Shown here piece after piece: positions 1-9,239 of a DNA stretch of 64,000 bases. The stretch is from positions 160,001 through 224,000 of the forward strand of contig OY970178.1 in the NCBI GenBank assembly GCA_963707915.1. The letters run 5' to 3'. Made by a program: the position numbers and the translations under genes. Position 1 is the first letter of the stretch. Every line of letters starts with the position of its first letter. Origin of the DNA: Candidatus Eiseniibacteriota bacterium (GTDB taxonomy: Bacteria > Eisenbacteria > RBG-16-71-46). The notes under the pieces were generated by a model, which was not told the origin of the DNA, made no database searches, and saw nothing but the letters and a program-made list of their open reading frames with translations.

Positions 1-220
1 CGAAGAGGAGGGAGAACCCCAGCGTCCTGCGCCAGGGGCGCTCAGCCGCCCCACGTCCCACCAGGCCCGCCGAGAAGCCGACCAGGAGCGGGACCATGGC
101 CAGCACGCAGGGATTGAGCGCAGTGAGCGCGCCGCCCAGGAACGCGGCCAGCGGCGCCAGGGCGGGGCTGTGAGCGATGACCGAGGCCAGTTGCTCGCTG
201 AGGCTCTCGAGGAAGTCCAC
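1..220 (-). CDS. CcdA/DsbD-TM family membrane protein, N-terminal part (continues off the left edge)
   Basis: Manual translation from GTG 220: MDFLESLSEQLASVIAHSPALAPLAAFLGGALTALNPCVLAMVPLLVGFSAG. The 'AFLGG..LNPCVL..P' stretch is the CcdA TM1 redox-Cys motif. Follows the thioredoxin gene in the ars operon. Confidence 0.8.
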   Translation of the reverse strand, partial: MDFLESLSEQLASVIAHSPALAPLAAFLGGALTALNPCVLAMVPLLVGFSAGLVGRGAAERPWRRTLGFSLLF

Positions 221-234
221 GCGGCCGGTCCCGG

Positions 235-651
235 CTACTTCGCCGTCGCCGGGCGCAGGGTCACGCCGAGGCTGTCCTTGAAGATCTGCTCGATCTCCTC
301 CCGGGCGAAGAAGCCTTCGTGTCGGAACCGCTCCCGGCCCTTCCGGTCGAAGAAGACCTGGGTCGGGATCAGCCGGATCTTGTAGGGTCGTCCGGCGTCG
401 GGGTTCTGCCACACGTCGACGAACTGCACGTCCACCGCGCCCGCGTAGTCCACCCTGAGTGCCTCGAGGATGGGCGCCATGCGCTTGCATGGGATGCACT
501 TCGTAGCGCCCAGGTCCACCAGACGCGGGAGCGTGGCTGGCGCCGGGGCCGGCGCAGCAGCTTTGGGAGCCTTGCCTGCGAAGGCGGGCACGGCGGAAAG
601 GAGCGCCAGCCCGACGAGTAACAGGGTGGTGGATGCGAAGCGACCTCTCAC
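235..651 (-). CDS. Exported thioredoxin family protein
   Basis: GTG start with AAGGAGG RBS, signal peptide, DLGATKCIPCKRM (CxxC) and cis-Pro IPTQVFFD. Confidence 0.85.
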   Translation of the reverse strand: MRGRFASTTLLLVGLALLSAVPAFAGKAPKAAAPAPAPATLPRLVDLGATKCIPCKRMAPILEALRVDYAGAVDVQFVDVWQNPDAGRPYKIRLIPTQVFFDRKGRERFRHEGFFAREEIEQIFKDSLGVTLRPATAK

Positions 652-710
652 GGGAATCCTCCTTCGACACGGCTCACGCGAGGAACCGCGTCGCGAATGC
701 GCGACGAACT

Positions 711-944
711 CTACGACAGGATGGCTTTGATCTGTTCGACCGAGGGCACCTTGCCGGCCAGCTTCACCTGGCCGTCCACCACCAGCGCCGGCGTGGACAT
801 GACCCGGTAGCCCACGATCACGTTGAGGTCGGTGATCTTCTCGACCTCGCAGGTGAGCCCGAGCTCCTGCACGGCCTGGCGCGTGCGCTCGTAGAGCACC
901 TTGCACTTGCTGCACCCGGGCCCGAGCACTTCGATGGTGGTCAT
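711..944 (-). CDS. Small redox-active disulfide protein (MTH895/thioredoxin_3 type)
   Basis: 77 aa: IEVLGPGCSKC...YRVMSTPALVVDG. Typical partner of ArsP-type permeases. Confidence 0.9.
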   Translation of the reverse strand: MTTIEVLGPGCSKCKVLYERTRQAVQELGLTCEVEKITDLNVIVGYRVMSTPALVVDGQVKLAGKVPSVEQIKAILS

Positions 945-967
945 GGCAGCGTCTCCTTGAAGAGTCA

Positions 968-2017
968 TCAAATCAGCCAATTGAACAGGTAGCCGACGGC
1001 GATGATCCCGAGGCTGACCACGCCGAGGAAGACGGCGATGAGCCGGGGGCGGAGGACCTTGCGAAGGATGATGGTCTCGGGCAGCGAGAGCCCGATCACG
1101 GCCATCATGAAGGCGAGGACGGTGCCCAGCGCGGCGCCCTTGCCGAGGAGCGCCTGGACGACCGGGATGATGCCGGCAGCGTTGGAGTACATCGGCACGC
1201 CAATCAGGACCGCCAGCGGCACCGACCACCACGCGCCCTTGCCCATGACGCGGGCCATGAAGTTCTCCGGCACCCAGCCGTGGATCGCCGCACCGACGGC
1301 GATGCCGACGAGTACGTACGGCCAGACCTTGCCGACGATGTCCTGCACCGCCTCGACGCCCATGCGCAGGCGGATGTCCCAGCCAAGGCTCGAGGCGTCG
1401 TAGCCGACTTCGGAGACCGCGGTGTAGACCCACGGCTCGACGTGACGTTCCATGTGCAGCCGCCCGATCACCCAGCCGGAGACGATCGCGATCACCAGGC
1501 CGGTGCCGACGTAAAGGGCCGCAACCTTCCAGCCGAACAGGCCGAACAGCAGGGCCAAGGCGATCTCGTTGACCATCGGGGCCGAGATCAGGAACGAGAA
1601 GGTCACGCCAAGCGGCACCCCGGCGGTGAGGAAGCCGATGAAGAGCGGCACGGCTGAGCAGGAGCAGAACGGGGTGACCACGCCCAGGCCCGCGGCCATC
1701 AGGTTGCCCACGGACTCCTTGCGGCCCGCCAGCATCGCCCGCGTCTTCTCTGGCGTGAAGAACGAGCGGATCACCCCGACGACGAAGACGACGAGCGTTA
1801 GGAGCATCAACACCTTCGGTGTGTCGAAGATGAAGAACTCCAACGCGGAGCCGAAGTGGGTCGACGGCGAAGCGCGCAACACGGTGTATGCCAGCCAGCG
1901 GGAGAGGGGGCCGAGGGCGGCATAGAGCGCCACCCAGGCGAGAAGACCCAAGGCGACACGCCAGGGCAGCGGCAGGCTACGGCGGGTCTTGGTGCGAGGT
2001 GGCGCCGCCTCGCTCAT
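968..2017 (-). CDS. ArsP/DUF318-family permease
   Basis: [29 protein letters not shown] and LSLPE motifs. Start overlaps the acr3 stop (ATGA). Confidence 0.9.
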   Translation of the reverse strand: MSEAAPPRTKTRRSLPLPWRVALGLLAWVALYAALGPLSRWLAYTVLRASPSTHFGSALEFFIFDTPKVLMLLTLVVFVVGVIRSFFTPEKTRAMLAGRKESVGNLMAAGLGVVTPFCSCSAVPLFIGFLTAGVPLGVTFSFLISAPMVNEIALALLFGLFGWKVAALYVGTGLVIAIVSGWVIGRLHMERHVEPWVYTAVSEVGYDASSLGWDIRLRMGVEAVQDIVGKVWPYVLVGIAVGAAIHGWVPENFMARVMGKGAWWSVPLAVLIGVPMYSNAAGIIPVVQALLGKGAALGTVLAFMMAVIGLSLPETIILRKVLRPRLIAVFLGVVSLGIIAVGYLFNWLI

Positions 2018-3162
2018 GAGTGCGCCCCTTCGGCGCGCTGCGCCAAGGCAGGCGTCAGCTCGAGGTGGAAGTAGCGCCGCCGGAACCACAGCGCCACGTT
2101 CACCAGCCCGATGAGGGCAGGCACCTCGACCAGCGGCCCGATGACAGCGGCAAAGGCGGCGCCGTGGTGGATGCCGAAGGTCGCCACCGCCACCGCGATG
2201 GCCAGCTCGAAGTTGTTCGACGCTGCCGTGAACGAAAGGGTCGCCGACTGGGGGTAGTTCGCGCCCACCCATTTGCTCATGAAGAACGAGACCACGAACA
2301 TGACCACGAAGTAGATGAGCAACGGGATGGCGATGCGCACCACGTCGAAAGGCAACTGGACGATCTTCTCGCCCTTGAGCGAGAACATCACGACGATGGT
2401 GAAGAGCAGGGCGATGAGCGTGATCGGGCTGATCTTCGGGATGAAGCGGCGCTGGTACCAGTCCTTCCCCTTCGCCGCGATCAGGCTGAAGCGGGTGATG
2501 ATCCCGGCGAGGAAGGGGATGCCGAGGTAGATGAAGACGCTCTTCGCGATCTCGGCCATCGTGATGTTCACGGCCACACCCTTCAGGCCGAACCACGCCG
2601 GCGCGAGCGTGATGAAGACGTAGGCGTAGACCGAGAAGAAGAGCACCTGGAAGATCGAGTTGAACGCGACCAGGCCCGCGCAGTACTCGCTATCACCCTT
2701 TGCGAGGTCGTTCCAGACGATGACCATGGCGATGCAGCGCGCCAGGCCGATCAGGATGAGGCCAACCATGTACTCGGGCTTGTCCCGCAGGAACAGGACC
2801 GCCAGGCCGAACATCAGGATCGGTCCGACCACCCAGTTCTGGACCAGCGAGAGTGCCAGCACACGGCCGTTGCGGAAGACGCGGCCCATCTCCTCGTAGC
2901 GGACCTTCGCCAGCGGTGGGTACATCATCAGGATCAGGCCGACGGCGATGGGTATGGAAGTGGTGCCGACGTTGAAGCGATTGATGAACGGCACGATCTG
3001 CGGGAACAGGAAGCCCCCGCCGACCCCGATGGCCATGGCGAGGAAGATCCACAGGGTGAGGAAGCGATCGAGGAACGAGAGCCGACCGACAATGCCGCCA
3101 GTGCTCCGGTTCTTGTCATGGCCTGTCACGACATCCTCCGTGGTTGCGGCATTCCGCGTCAT
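2014..3162 (-). CDS. acr3: ACR3 family arsenite efflux transporter
   Basis: [42 protein letters not shown] and GPLVEVP motifs. Confidence 0.95.
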   Translation of the reverse strand: MTRNAATTEDVVTGHDKNRSTGGIVGRLSFLDRFLTLWIFLAMAIGVGGGFLFPQIVPFINRFNVGTTSIPIAVGLILMMYPPLAKVRYEEMGRVFRNGRVLALSLVQNWVVGPILMFGLAVLFLRDKPEYMVGLILIGLARCIAMVIVWNDLAKGDSEYCAGLVAFNSIFQVLFFSVYAYVFITLAPAWFGLKGVAVNITMAEIAKSVFIYLGIPFLAGIITRFSLIAAKGKDWYQRRFIPKISPITLIALLFTIVVMFSLKGEKIVQLPFDVVRIAIPLLIYFVVMFVVSFFMSKWVGANYPQSATLSFTAASNNFELAIAVAVATFGIHHGAAFAAVIGPLVEVPALIGLVNVALWFRRRYFHLELTPALAQRAEGAHS

Positions 3163-3596
3163 CGTCCTTGCTCCTTCTTGTTGCCACCGGGTCGCGTCGC
3201 TTCATCCATGAGCCCATGGACCAGTTGCTCGATGCGGTCACGTACGTGCCGGAAGCCGTCGTCGTCGAGAGTCTTGGGATCGGGCAGATCCCAGTCCACG
3301 CGATGGCGCGTCGGCAGCCACGGGCAGGCGTCTCCGCAGCCCATGGTCACGACGTAGTCCCAGGTGATTCCGGTGGGCAAGTCGTCGAGGCCCTTCGACT
3401 GCTGCGGCTTCAGGTCGATTCCCTTCTCGGCCATGAACTGGACCGCGCGCGGGTTCACCTGCCCGGACGGCCGCGAGCCCGCGCTGAAGGCGGCGACGTG
3501 CTCACCTCCGAGAGCCCGGGCGAAGCCCTCCGCCATCTGGGAGCGGCAGGAGTTCTCGATGCAGACGAAGAGCAGGCGGGGGAAGGGCTCAGGCAT
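3159..3596 (-). CDS. arsC: Arsenate reductase, LMW-PTPase (thioredoxin-type) fold
   Basis: [17 protein letters not shown]-loop, [10 protein letters not shown] and WDLPDP. Confidence 0.92.
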   Translation of the reverse strand: MPEPFPRLLFVCIENSCRSQMAEGFARALGGEHVAAFSAGSRPSGQVNPRAVQFMAEKGIDLKPQQSKGLDDLPTGITWDYVVTMGCGDACPWLPTRHRVDWDLPDPKTLDDDGFRHVRDRIEQLVHGLMDEATRPGGNKKEQGR

Positions 3597-4011
3597 GTTG
3601 CGGCTCCTTCCGCTGAGCGCGGCGCGGGCGTGTCCGGGAGAAGGTGGGAATCCCGGCGGGAGGGAGACTGCAGAGCTGAGTAAGCGGCACGGCGAGGACT
3701 TCCCGAAGGCGCTTGCGATCCGCAAGGATGACTGGGTCCCGGTCGAGGGGGCCACGCAACAGCGCCAGCACCGCGCTGGCGTAATGGTCCGGCGCACCCG
3801 AGAGGCAGTATTCGACCCACTTCCCGTCGCGTCGATCCTCGACGAGTCCGGCCTGCTTGAGAATCGTCAGGTGCTTGGACACGGTGGAGAGGGCCAGGCG
3901 CAGGACTGCCTGGACCTGGCAAACGCAGAGCGGGCGTCCCTCCAGGAGCTTGAGGATCCGTGTGCGGGTAGGGTCGCCGGCCGCCTTGAGGGTGAGTTCG
4001 AGATCGCGCAT
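3589..4011 (-). CDS. arsR: ArsR/SmtB family repressor
   Basis: KAAGDPTRTRIL...PLCVCQV (CVC As(III) site)...STVSKHLTILKQAGLV. First gene of the operon. Confidence 0.92.
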   Translation of the reverse strand: MRDLELTLKAAGDPTRTRILKLLEGRPLCVCQVQAVLRLALSTVSKHLTILKQAGLVEDRRDGKWVEYCLSGAPDHYASAVLALLRGPLDRDPVILADRKRLREVLAVPLTQLCSLPPAGIPTFSRTRPRRAQRKEPQHA

Positions 4012-4028
4012 GGAGTGTCTCCCTTCGT

Positions 4029-4075
4029 CACTTCGTCACATGGCGAAGTGTAGGAGGGACGCCGGGGCTCGTCAA
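4029..4075 (-). promoter_or_regulatory. Sigma70 promoter of the ars operon with overlapping ArsR-type operator
   Basis: Minus strand TTGACG(4075-4070)-N17-TACACT(4052-4047). Inverted repeat CACTTCGTCA-CA-TGGCGAAGTG (4029-4050, one mismatch) overlaps -10/+1. Confidence 0.8.
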
Positions 4076-4176
4076 GTCACCTCCTCCGATCGCTGTGAAT
4101 GCGTGGGCGGTCATGGTCGGCCGTCAGATCCGCAACCAACCCAGCGGTCGGGCTCAGCTTGTGGCATAGTAAAGCC

Positions 4177-4470
4177 ATGCGTCAGGCTCATTTCGAGTCC
4201 GCGGAAGTGCGGGGCTACATCGGCGCCCGGGGCGGGGTTCTGTGCATTTCGCTCCAGGCGATCATGCACGGCTGATGAAGGGTCGACCTCGGCCCGGTCG
4301 GGTCGCTCGAGATTCCTGAGGACGCGGCCGCCTACGAGGGTCTCGAGGGGGACGGCCTTGCGGTCCACGTGCACCGTGACGTGCTCGCCAAGCTCAAGGA
4401 TCCCGCGCGACTCAGCTTTGCCTTCGGAAAGTTCGGGCGCTGCTGGCTTCGTCTCGGAGCCGATCCCTAG
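4177..4470 (+). CDS. Putative selenoprotein with tandem Sec-Sec (CC/Se-motif, HesB-like), 97 aa
   Basis: MRQAHFESAEVRGYIGARGGVLCISLQAIMHG[TGA][TGA]RVDLGPVGSLEIPEDAAAYEGLEGDGLAVHVHRDV...RLGADP-TAG. The frame stays open with coding-like codon usage after the TGAs, and a SECIS-like hairpin follows directly. Confidence 0.7.
4279..4317 (+). promoter_or_regulatory. Candidate bacterial SECIS element
   Basis: Stacked stems AGGG/TCCT, TCGA/TCGA and CGGCCC/GGGTCG close a GGTC loop (4296-4299) that starts 17 nt after the second TGA. Confidence 0.55.
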
Positions 4471-4518
4471 GCGTTTCCGTGGACTTGGGCACCCCATGAA
4501 CTGCAGCATCCGAGCCGC

Positions 4519-4542
4519 ACTTGAGCCCTAACTTGAGCCCTA
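4519..4542 (+). repeat. Perfect 12-bp tandem direct repeat ACTTGAGCCCTA x2
   Basis: Copies at 4519-4530 and 4531-4542, ending 3 bp before a -35 box. Confidence 0.85.
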
Positions 4543-4545
4543 ACC

Positions 4546-4574
4546 TTGACGCAGGTGAGTGGGCGAACTAGAAT
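4546..4574 (+). promoter_or_regulatory. Sigma70 promoter, probably producing a leaderless arsR2 mRNA
   Basis: TTGACG-N17-TAGAAT. An in-frame GTG lies 7 nt downstream at 4582 with no RBS. Confidence 0.75.
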
Positions 4575-4581
4575 CGCCTAC

Positions 4582-4947
4582 GTGCATACAGTCGCGAGGT
4601 CCTCACCGGCACAGGTCGAGCGGATGTTTCGCGCGTTCGCCGACCGCACACGGCTCCGGCTCCTTCATCTCCTGAAGGACGGAGAGCTTTGCGTTAGCGA
4701 CATCGTGACGATCCTCGAGGTGCCGCAAGCGCGCGTGTCCCGCCACCTGGGCTACCTGCACCGGGCTGGACTCGTTGACGTCCGCAAGCAGGGGCTCTGG
4801 GCCTTTTACCGGCTCCGCCCGCCAGAATCTCCCTTCCATCAGCGTCTCGTCGGCTGCTTGGGACACTGCTTTGCCGGGGTGCCGGGACTGGCCACTGATT
4901 CCCGCCGCGCCGCCAGGATCAAACGCTCCGGTGGGTGCTGCCCGTGA
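4582..4947 (+). CDS. ArsR/SmtB family regulator with C-terminal CC motif
   Basis: FRAFADRTRLRLLHLL..GELCVSDIV..VSRHLGYLHRAGLV. Ends GCLGHCF...SGGCCP. Confidence 0.9.
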   Translation: MHTVARSSPAQVERMFRAFADRTRLRLLHLLKDGELCVSDIVTILEVPQARVSRHLGYLHRAGLVDVRKQGLWAFYRLRPPESPFHQRLVGCLGHCFAGVPGLATDSRRAARIKRSGGCCP

Positions 4948-5055
4948 TGACCCACCCCGAGGGAGGCCTCCTGACCATGAAGGCGGCTGCGATGGGCCCG
5001 CCTTGGACTTCGTCTTCGTCGAGAGCTGGGACATCCACCACCTGAGGGGGTAACG

Positions 5056-5814
5056 ATGAATCGCCGTGGCCTCGGACTCGCCTTGCTGTTGCTCTGCACC
5101 CTGGGACCGGTCGCCTCGGCCTCGACGCAGCGTGACGTGGAGTCCGCCGCCAAGCAGCAGAAGATCGCCTTCATCCTGGTTTACGATCAGAGCGCGACCG
5201 GTATGGCTCAGGCACGGGACGTCATCCGCCAGACCATGAAGCAGGTCAGCGGGTCGGTCCTGCTGGAACTGGACCGTTCCGCCCCGGCGAACGCCGAGTA
5301 CGTGGCGAAGCTGCGGCTGGCCGGCGCACCCGTGCCGCTGATCCTCGTCGCGGCGCGAAACGGCGTCCTGGTGGCGGGAGTGCTGGCTGCCCAGGCGACG
5401 CCGGCGGTCCTGCTGAGCGCGGTTCCTTCGCCCAAGCAGGCGGAGATCATGCAGGCTCTCCAGGGCGGCAAGCCCGTGTTCATCACCGTGAGCCGAAAGG
5501 GCATGCCCCGCGAGCCCAAGGCGGTCGCGGCTTGCGTCGCGGCATGCGGCAAGATGGGCGACAAGTCCGCGCTGGTCCGCATCGACATGGCGGATCCCCG
5601 GGAAGCGGCCTTCCTCTCCCAACTCAAGATCGACTCCGCCGCGAAGGAGCCGGTGACGCTGGTGGTCAATGCGCAGGGCCAGGTCACAGGCTCGTACACG
5701 GAAGTCCAGGATGTGGCCAATCTCGTCCAGGCGGCGACCAGGGTCGTGAGCGGCTGCGGCCCCGGTGCTTGCGGTCCGGGTGCGGCGAGTTCCTGCGCTC
5801 CGGCCAAGAAGTAG
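5056..5814 (+). CDS. Exported hypothetical protein with two thioredoxin-like halves and a Cys-rich tail
   Basis: Signal peptide, internal duplication (KIAFILVY / KPVFITVS; PLILVAARNG / PVTLVVNAQG), tail SGCGPGACGPGAASSCAPAKK, GAGGGG RBS. Confidence 0.75.
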   Translation: MNRRGLGLALLLLCTLGPVASASTQRDVESAAKQQKIAFILVYDQSATGMAQARDVIRQTMKQVSGSVLLELDRSAPANAEYVAKLRLAGAPVPLILVAARNGVLVAGVLAAQATPAVLLSAVPSPKQAEIMQALQGGKPVFITVSRKGMPREPKAVAACVAACGKMGDKSALVRIDMADPREAAFLSQLKIDSAAKEPVTLVVNAQGQVTGSYTEVQDVANLVQAATRVVSGCGPGACGPGAASSCAPAKK

Positions 5815-5826
5815 CGGCGGGTCGGC

Positions 5827-7050
5827 ATGAACCTCCGCACCATCCTCTGGAAGGAACTGTGGCTGCGGAAGTCCCGGATGATCTCCGGGCTTCTCGCGAT
5901 CACCCTTGGAATCGCCGTCATCGTCGCCATCCAGTCGGTCGCTTCCGTCTCGGAGCGGGCCGTCAAGATCAAGCTCGACAACCTCGGCGCGAACATCCTG
6001 GTGCTGCCACAGGCCGCTTCCGTGGATGACTACTATACCGCGGACATCGACGCCCCGACCTTCCCCGAGGACTACGTGGAGCGACTCGCCACCTCCATGC
6101 TCCCGGGCGTCGACAACCTGTCCCCCAAGCTCACGCGACGGGTCAGGGTCGGCAGCGTTCCGGTCATCCTCACGGGCATCCTGCCGGCCAACGAGCTTGC
6201 CTCGAAACCGATCTGGCAGAGCGCCGGTCTGGCCGGCGCGGCGCTCGCCGCAGCCTGCGGCCCGAGCCCCGAGGTCGCGAAGAAGGGCCCCTCCTATGCC
6301 GACGAGCGCCTCCAGCGCAAGGCGATCACCGCGCTCGCACCGACGGAGGTGCTGCTCGGGAGCGTCGCCGCCCAGCGCCTGAACCTTCGGGCAGGCGGCA
6401 GGGTCACCATCGAGGGACGCGAGTTCTCGGCCGCGCGCATCCTGCCGGAGACGGGCACGATCGACGACGATCGCATCTACGCGCACCTGCACGTGGTGCA
6501 GGGCCTGCTCGGGACCGGAGCGCAGGTCAGCGCCATCGAGATCATGGGCTGCTGCTCCGCGATCTCCGACGGGCTCCTCGGGAAACTGCGGAACATCCTG
6601 CCGGACACCCGGATCACGACCATCGGCCAGATCGTGAACACCCAGATCGAGACCAATCGCTTGTTGGCGAAGGTCTCCCTGATCTTGCTGGTGATCATCG
6701 TGCTCGTGGGCGCGATCTCGATCGCGAACTACATGTGGGCCAACGTCGAGGAGCGCAGGCGCGAGATCGGCACGCTCCTCACGCTCGGCGCGACCCGCGG
6801 GAGCATCTACCGTCTGTTCTTCGCGAAGTCGATCGTCCTGGGTGTCCTGGGCGGGATCGGCGGCTACGCTGTCGGGACGATCGCTGCCCTGATCCTCGGT
6901 CCGCAGCTCGCAGGATTGTCCGTCCAGCCGATCCCGATCTACCTTGCCTGGTCCGTCCTGATCTCCCTGGTGATCGCCGTGCTCGGGAGCTGGTACCCGA
7001 CCTACCGCGCCACTCGCCTCGATCCGGCCTCGATCCTCCAGGAGTCCTAG
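5827..7050 (+). CDS. ABC transporter permease, MacB/FtsX family
   Basis: TM1, LGANILVLP, large periplasmic loop containing IMGCCS, NVEERRREIGTLLTLGA, C-terminal RATRLDP. Confidence 0.92.
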   Translation: MNLRTILWKELWLRKSRMISGLLAITLGIAVIVAIQSVASVSERAVKIKLDNLGANILVLPQAASVDDYYTADIDAPTFPEDYVERLATSMLPGVDNLSPKLTRRVRVGSVPVILTGILPANELASKPIWQSAGLAGAALAAACGPSPEVAKKGPSYADERLQRKAITALAPTEVLLGSVAAQRLNLRAGGRVTIEGREFSAARILPETGTIDDDRIYAHLHVVQGLLGTGAQVSAIEIMGCCSAISDGLLGKLRNILPDTRITTIGQIVNTQIETNRLLAKVSLILLVIIVLVGAISIANYMWANVEERRREIGTLLTLGATRGSIYRLFFAKSIVLGVLGGIGGYAVGTIAALILGPQLAGLSVQPIPIYLAWSVLISLVIAVLGSWYPTYRATRLDPASILQES

Positions 7051-7052
7051 CG

Positions 7053-7742
7053 ATGTTCACGCTTCAGGGCATCACGAAGTCCTATGCCAGCCGACGCGGG
7101 GTCGTCCACGCCCTCTGGGACATCTCCCTCAGCATCGAACGGGGGAGTTTCACTGCGGTCACGGGTCCGTCGGGCTCCGGGAAGACCACGCTGCTCCTGA
7201 CACTCGGCGGTCTGATCCGGCCAACCTCCGGACAGGTGGTGTTCGAGGGGACCGACCTCGGTAGTCTCGACGAGAAGCGTCTCGCCGGGTACCGCAATCG
7301 GAGCGTGGGGTTCGTCCTGCAGAGCTTCAACTTGATTCCCTACCTGAGCGCCTACGAGAACGTCATGGTCCCGGCGTCACTCGGTGCGTCCACCAACGGC
7401 GACCAGACGCAGCGGGCGAGGTCGCTTCTGGATCGCCTGGGAATGGCGGACCGGATGGACCATCTGCCTCGTGAGCTTTCCGTCGGACAGCAGCAGCGTG
7501 TCGCCATCGCGCGCGCGTTGAGCAACGACCCCAAGGTCATCCTGGCCGATGAGCCGACCGGCAATCTCGATCCAGCCCTGGCCGCAGAGATCCTGGCCAT
7601 CCTCCGGGATCTGAACGAGAAGGAGGGGCGGACGGTGGTGCTGGTCACGCACAGTCCCGAGGCGGCGAAGGCGGGGCGCCAGCACATACGACTGACGGCG
7701 GGGCAATGCACTGCAGAAGACCCGGCGCTCGCGGTGCTCTGA
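7053..7742 (+). CDS. ABC transporter ATP-binding protein (LolD/MacB type)
   Basis: [24 protein letters not shown] and [11 protein letters not shown]. Confidence 0.95.
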   Translation: MFTLQGITKSYASRRGVVHALWDISLSIERGSFTAVTGPSGSGKTTLLLTLGGLIRPTSGQVVFEGTDLGSLDEKRLAGYRNRSVGFVLQSFNLIPYLSAYENVMVPASLGASTNGDQTQRARSLLDRLGMADRMDHLPRELSVGQQQRVAIARALSNDPKVILADEPTGNLDPALAAEILAILRDLNEKEGRTVVLVTHSPEAAKAGRQHIRLTAGQCTAEDPALAVL

Positions 7743-7888
7743 TTCCGCGTGGGCGCCTGGCCGGCTTGAGGCTGGCGCCAAGCCGGGAAGCCTCCTGACC
7801 CGCTGGTGATCGGATCCCGGCCTCCTGAGGCCTCCCCTGCGCCGCTCCGTCAACCCAGGCGCCGCATCGAGGGTCACCCAGCCGTTCC

Positions 7889-8053
7889 GCCCTGGGCGGC
7901 TGTCAGCGCGCTCAACCTGTGGGCTTCAATTGCCCCTTACACGCCCGGCGAATCAACCGCTACTTGCCAGCTGTCCCCCCGGACCTTGTGGTAGCCTCGC
8001 GCTAGTTTCCAATTGCCCTTGACGCGCCGGTTCGAATCCGGGTGCCGCCTCCA
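7889..8053 (+). repeat. Repeat copy 1: conserved arm plus tRNA-Cys 3' end (att-like)
   Basis: Ends CCGGTTCGAATCCGGGTGCCGCCTCCA (8027-8053). The upstream ~140 bp aligns by eye with copies 2 and 3. Confidence 0.85.
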
Positions 8054-8161
8054 GTTCTCCGAGTTGTGGCCCTCTCTCCGACCCTGGTTCAGGCCAGGCC
8101 ACCTGGAGCGAGTCCAACCGGAGCCGCCGACGCCAATCTCGCTGCAGTTGGCCGCGCGATG

Positions 8162-8200
8162 CCCCGCTTGTGGTTGGCGCCGCAAGCGGGGGTTTCGTCT
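8162..8200 (+). terminator. Intrinsic terminator-like hairpin
   Basis: CCCCGCTTGTGG-ttggcg-CCGCAAGCGGGG followed by GTTTCGTCT. Confidence 0.5.
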
Positions 8201-8349
8201 TGGGGGCAGGAGGGGACTGAAGAGGACCTTGACCCGGCGATCCATCGGTGAACAACGGGTTCACCCTGGGAAGATGACGGAACCCGTCAAAGCGTGGGCA
8301 GCTCGTCCACGCGGAACCGTCATCGGGTTCACCCGAGCTGTCTGCTGGG

Positions 8350-9108
8350 TCAATGACCCTTGGTCGCCGCACGATGCCGGAAGAGCACAAGGCACGCGAC
8401 GATGAAGGTCAGCAGTGCGGCGGACGCAGAGTAGCGGCTCAGCGCCAACCCGCCCGCGCGGACCGGCTTGTCGAGGAAGTCGCCGACCACGGCGCCCAAT
8501 GGACGCGTCAGGACGAAGGCCGCCCAGAAGAGCTTGGTGCGCGAGATCTTGGTCCAATAGTACGCTGCGACGACCAGCGCGAGCAGCACGCCGAATACGG
8601 CGGCCGCGCCAAGATAACCCAGCCCGGCGGTATCGGCCGTCCAGTCGCCCAGCGCGGTGCCCAGGGTCTGGGAAAGCATGATGGTCACCCAGTAGAACAT
8701 CTCGGTCTTGGCCGAAATCACCGTATCCACCGACACCGACCCCATGGTGCGATACCACGTGACGAGCGACGCGATCAGCAACGCGAAGAGCAGCGATGTG
8801 CCACCTGCGTAGCCGATGTGGAGCGAGCGGTCGGCAAAGTCGGCCAGCGTGGTGCCGACGGTCGTCGTGGCGACGATCGTCGTCCAGTACAAGTACGGAT
8901 GGAAGCGCTTGGCGGCGATCTGCGCGCCCACCGCGAGCAGGAAGATCAAGGCGAAGATGCCGGTGGCGACAAGGTAGCCAAGATTCATCGACATCGACAC
9001 CGCGTCTCCGCCGGTCTCTCCCAGCGTCGTGGCGGCGATCTTGACGACCCAGAAGAGCAGCGTGATCTCCGGAACCTTGCTCACGCGCTTCTCAATCGCG
9101 GTGCTCAC
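8350..9108 (-). CDS. COG4705/DUF347-type membrane protein
   Basis: SKVPEITLLFWVVKIAATTLGETGGD with repeated T.GT..AD / TLGTALGD / TRPLGA..GD helices. GAGGAG RBS before GTG. Confidence 0.88.
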   Translation of the reverse strand: MSTAIEKRVSKVPEITLLFWVVKIAATTLGETGGDAVSMSMNLGYLVATGIFALIFLLAVGAQIAAKRFHPYLYWTTIVATTTVGTTLADFADRSLHIGYAGGTSLLFALLIASLVTWYRTMGSVSVDTVISAKTEMFYWVTIMLSQTLGTALGDWTADTAGLGYLGAAAVFGVLLALVVAAYYWTKISRTKLFWAAFVLTRPLGAVVGDFLDKPVRAGGLALSRYSASAALLTFIVACLVLFRHRAATKGH

Positions 9109-9239
9109 GGAGTCTCCTCTTCGCGAAGGGGTGCTGGACAGACTCCGGTGCGACCAGCGCACACCCACCCCGGCCGCATTCCGACCACGCGCGGCGCCCG
9201 CCACGCGTGGCAAACGGTGTGCTCATGAATGGGCTTTTG

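Noticed and set aside
4111..4509. 132-aa minus-strand ORF in the track
   Set aside because: It is the antisense shadow of the plus-strand TGA-containing gene and has no recognisable motifs.
4945..4975. Second TGA-TGA, after ...GGCCP of arsR2, as possible Sec readthrough
   Set aside because: The protein is already complete with its CC motif, another TGA follows six codons later, and no convincing SECIS-like hairpin was seen.
7980..8053. Complete tRNA genes at 8053, 9958 and 19433
   Set aside because: Only the T arm and 3' acceptor strand are present. There is no matching 5' GGCGGC strand, D arm or anticodon arm at the right distance.
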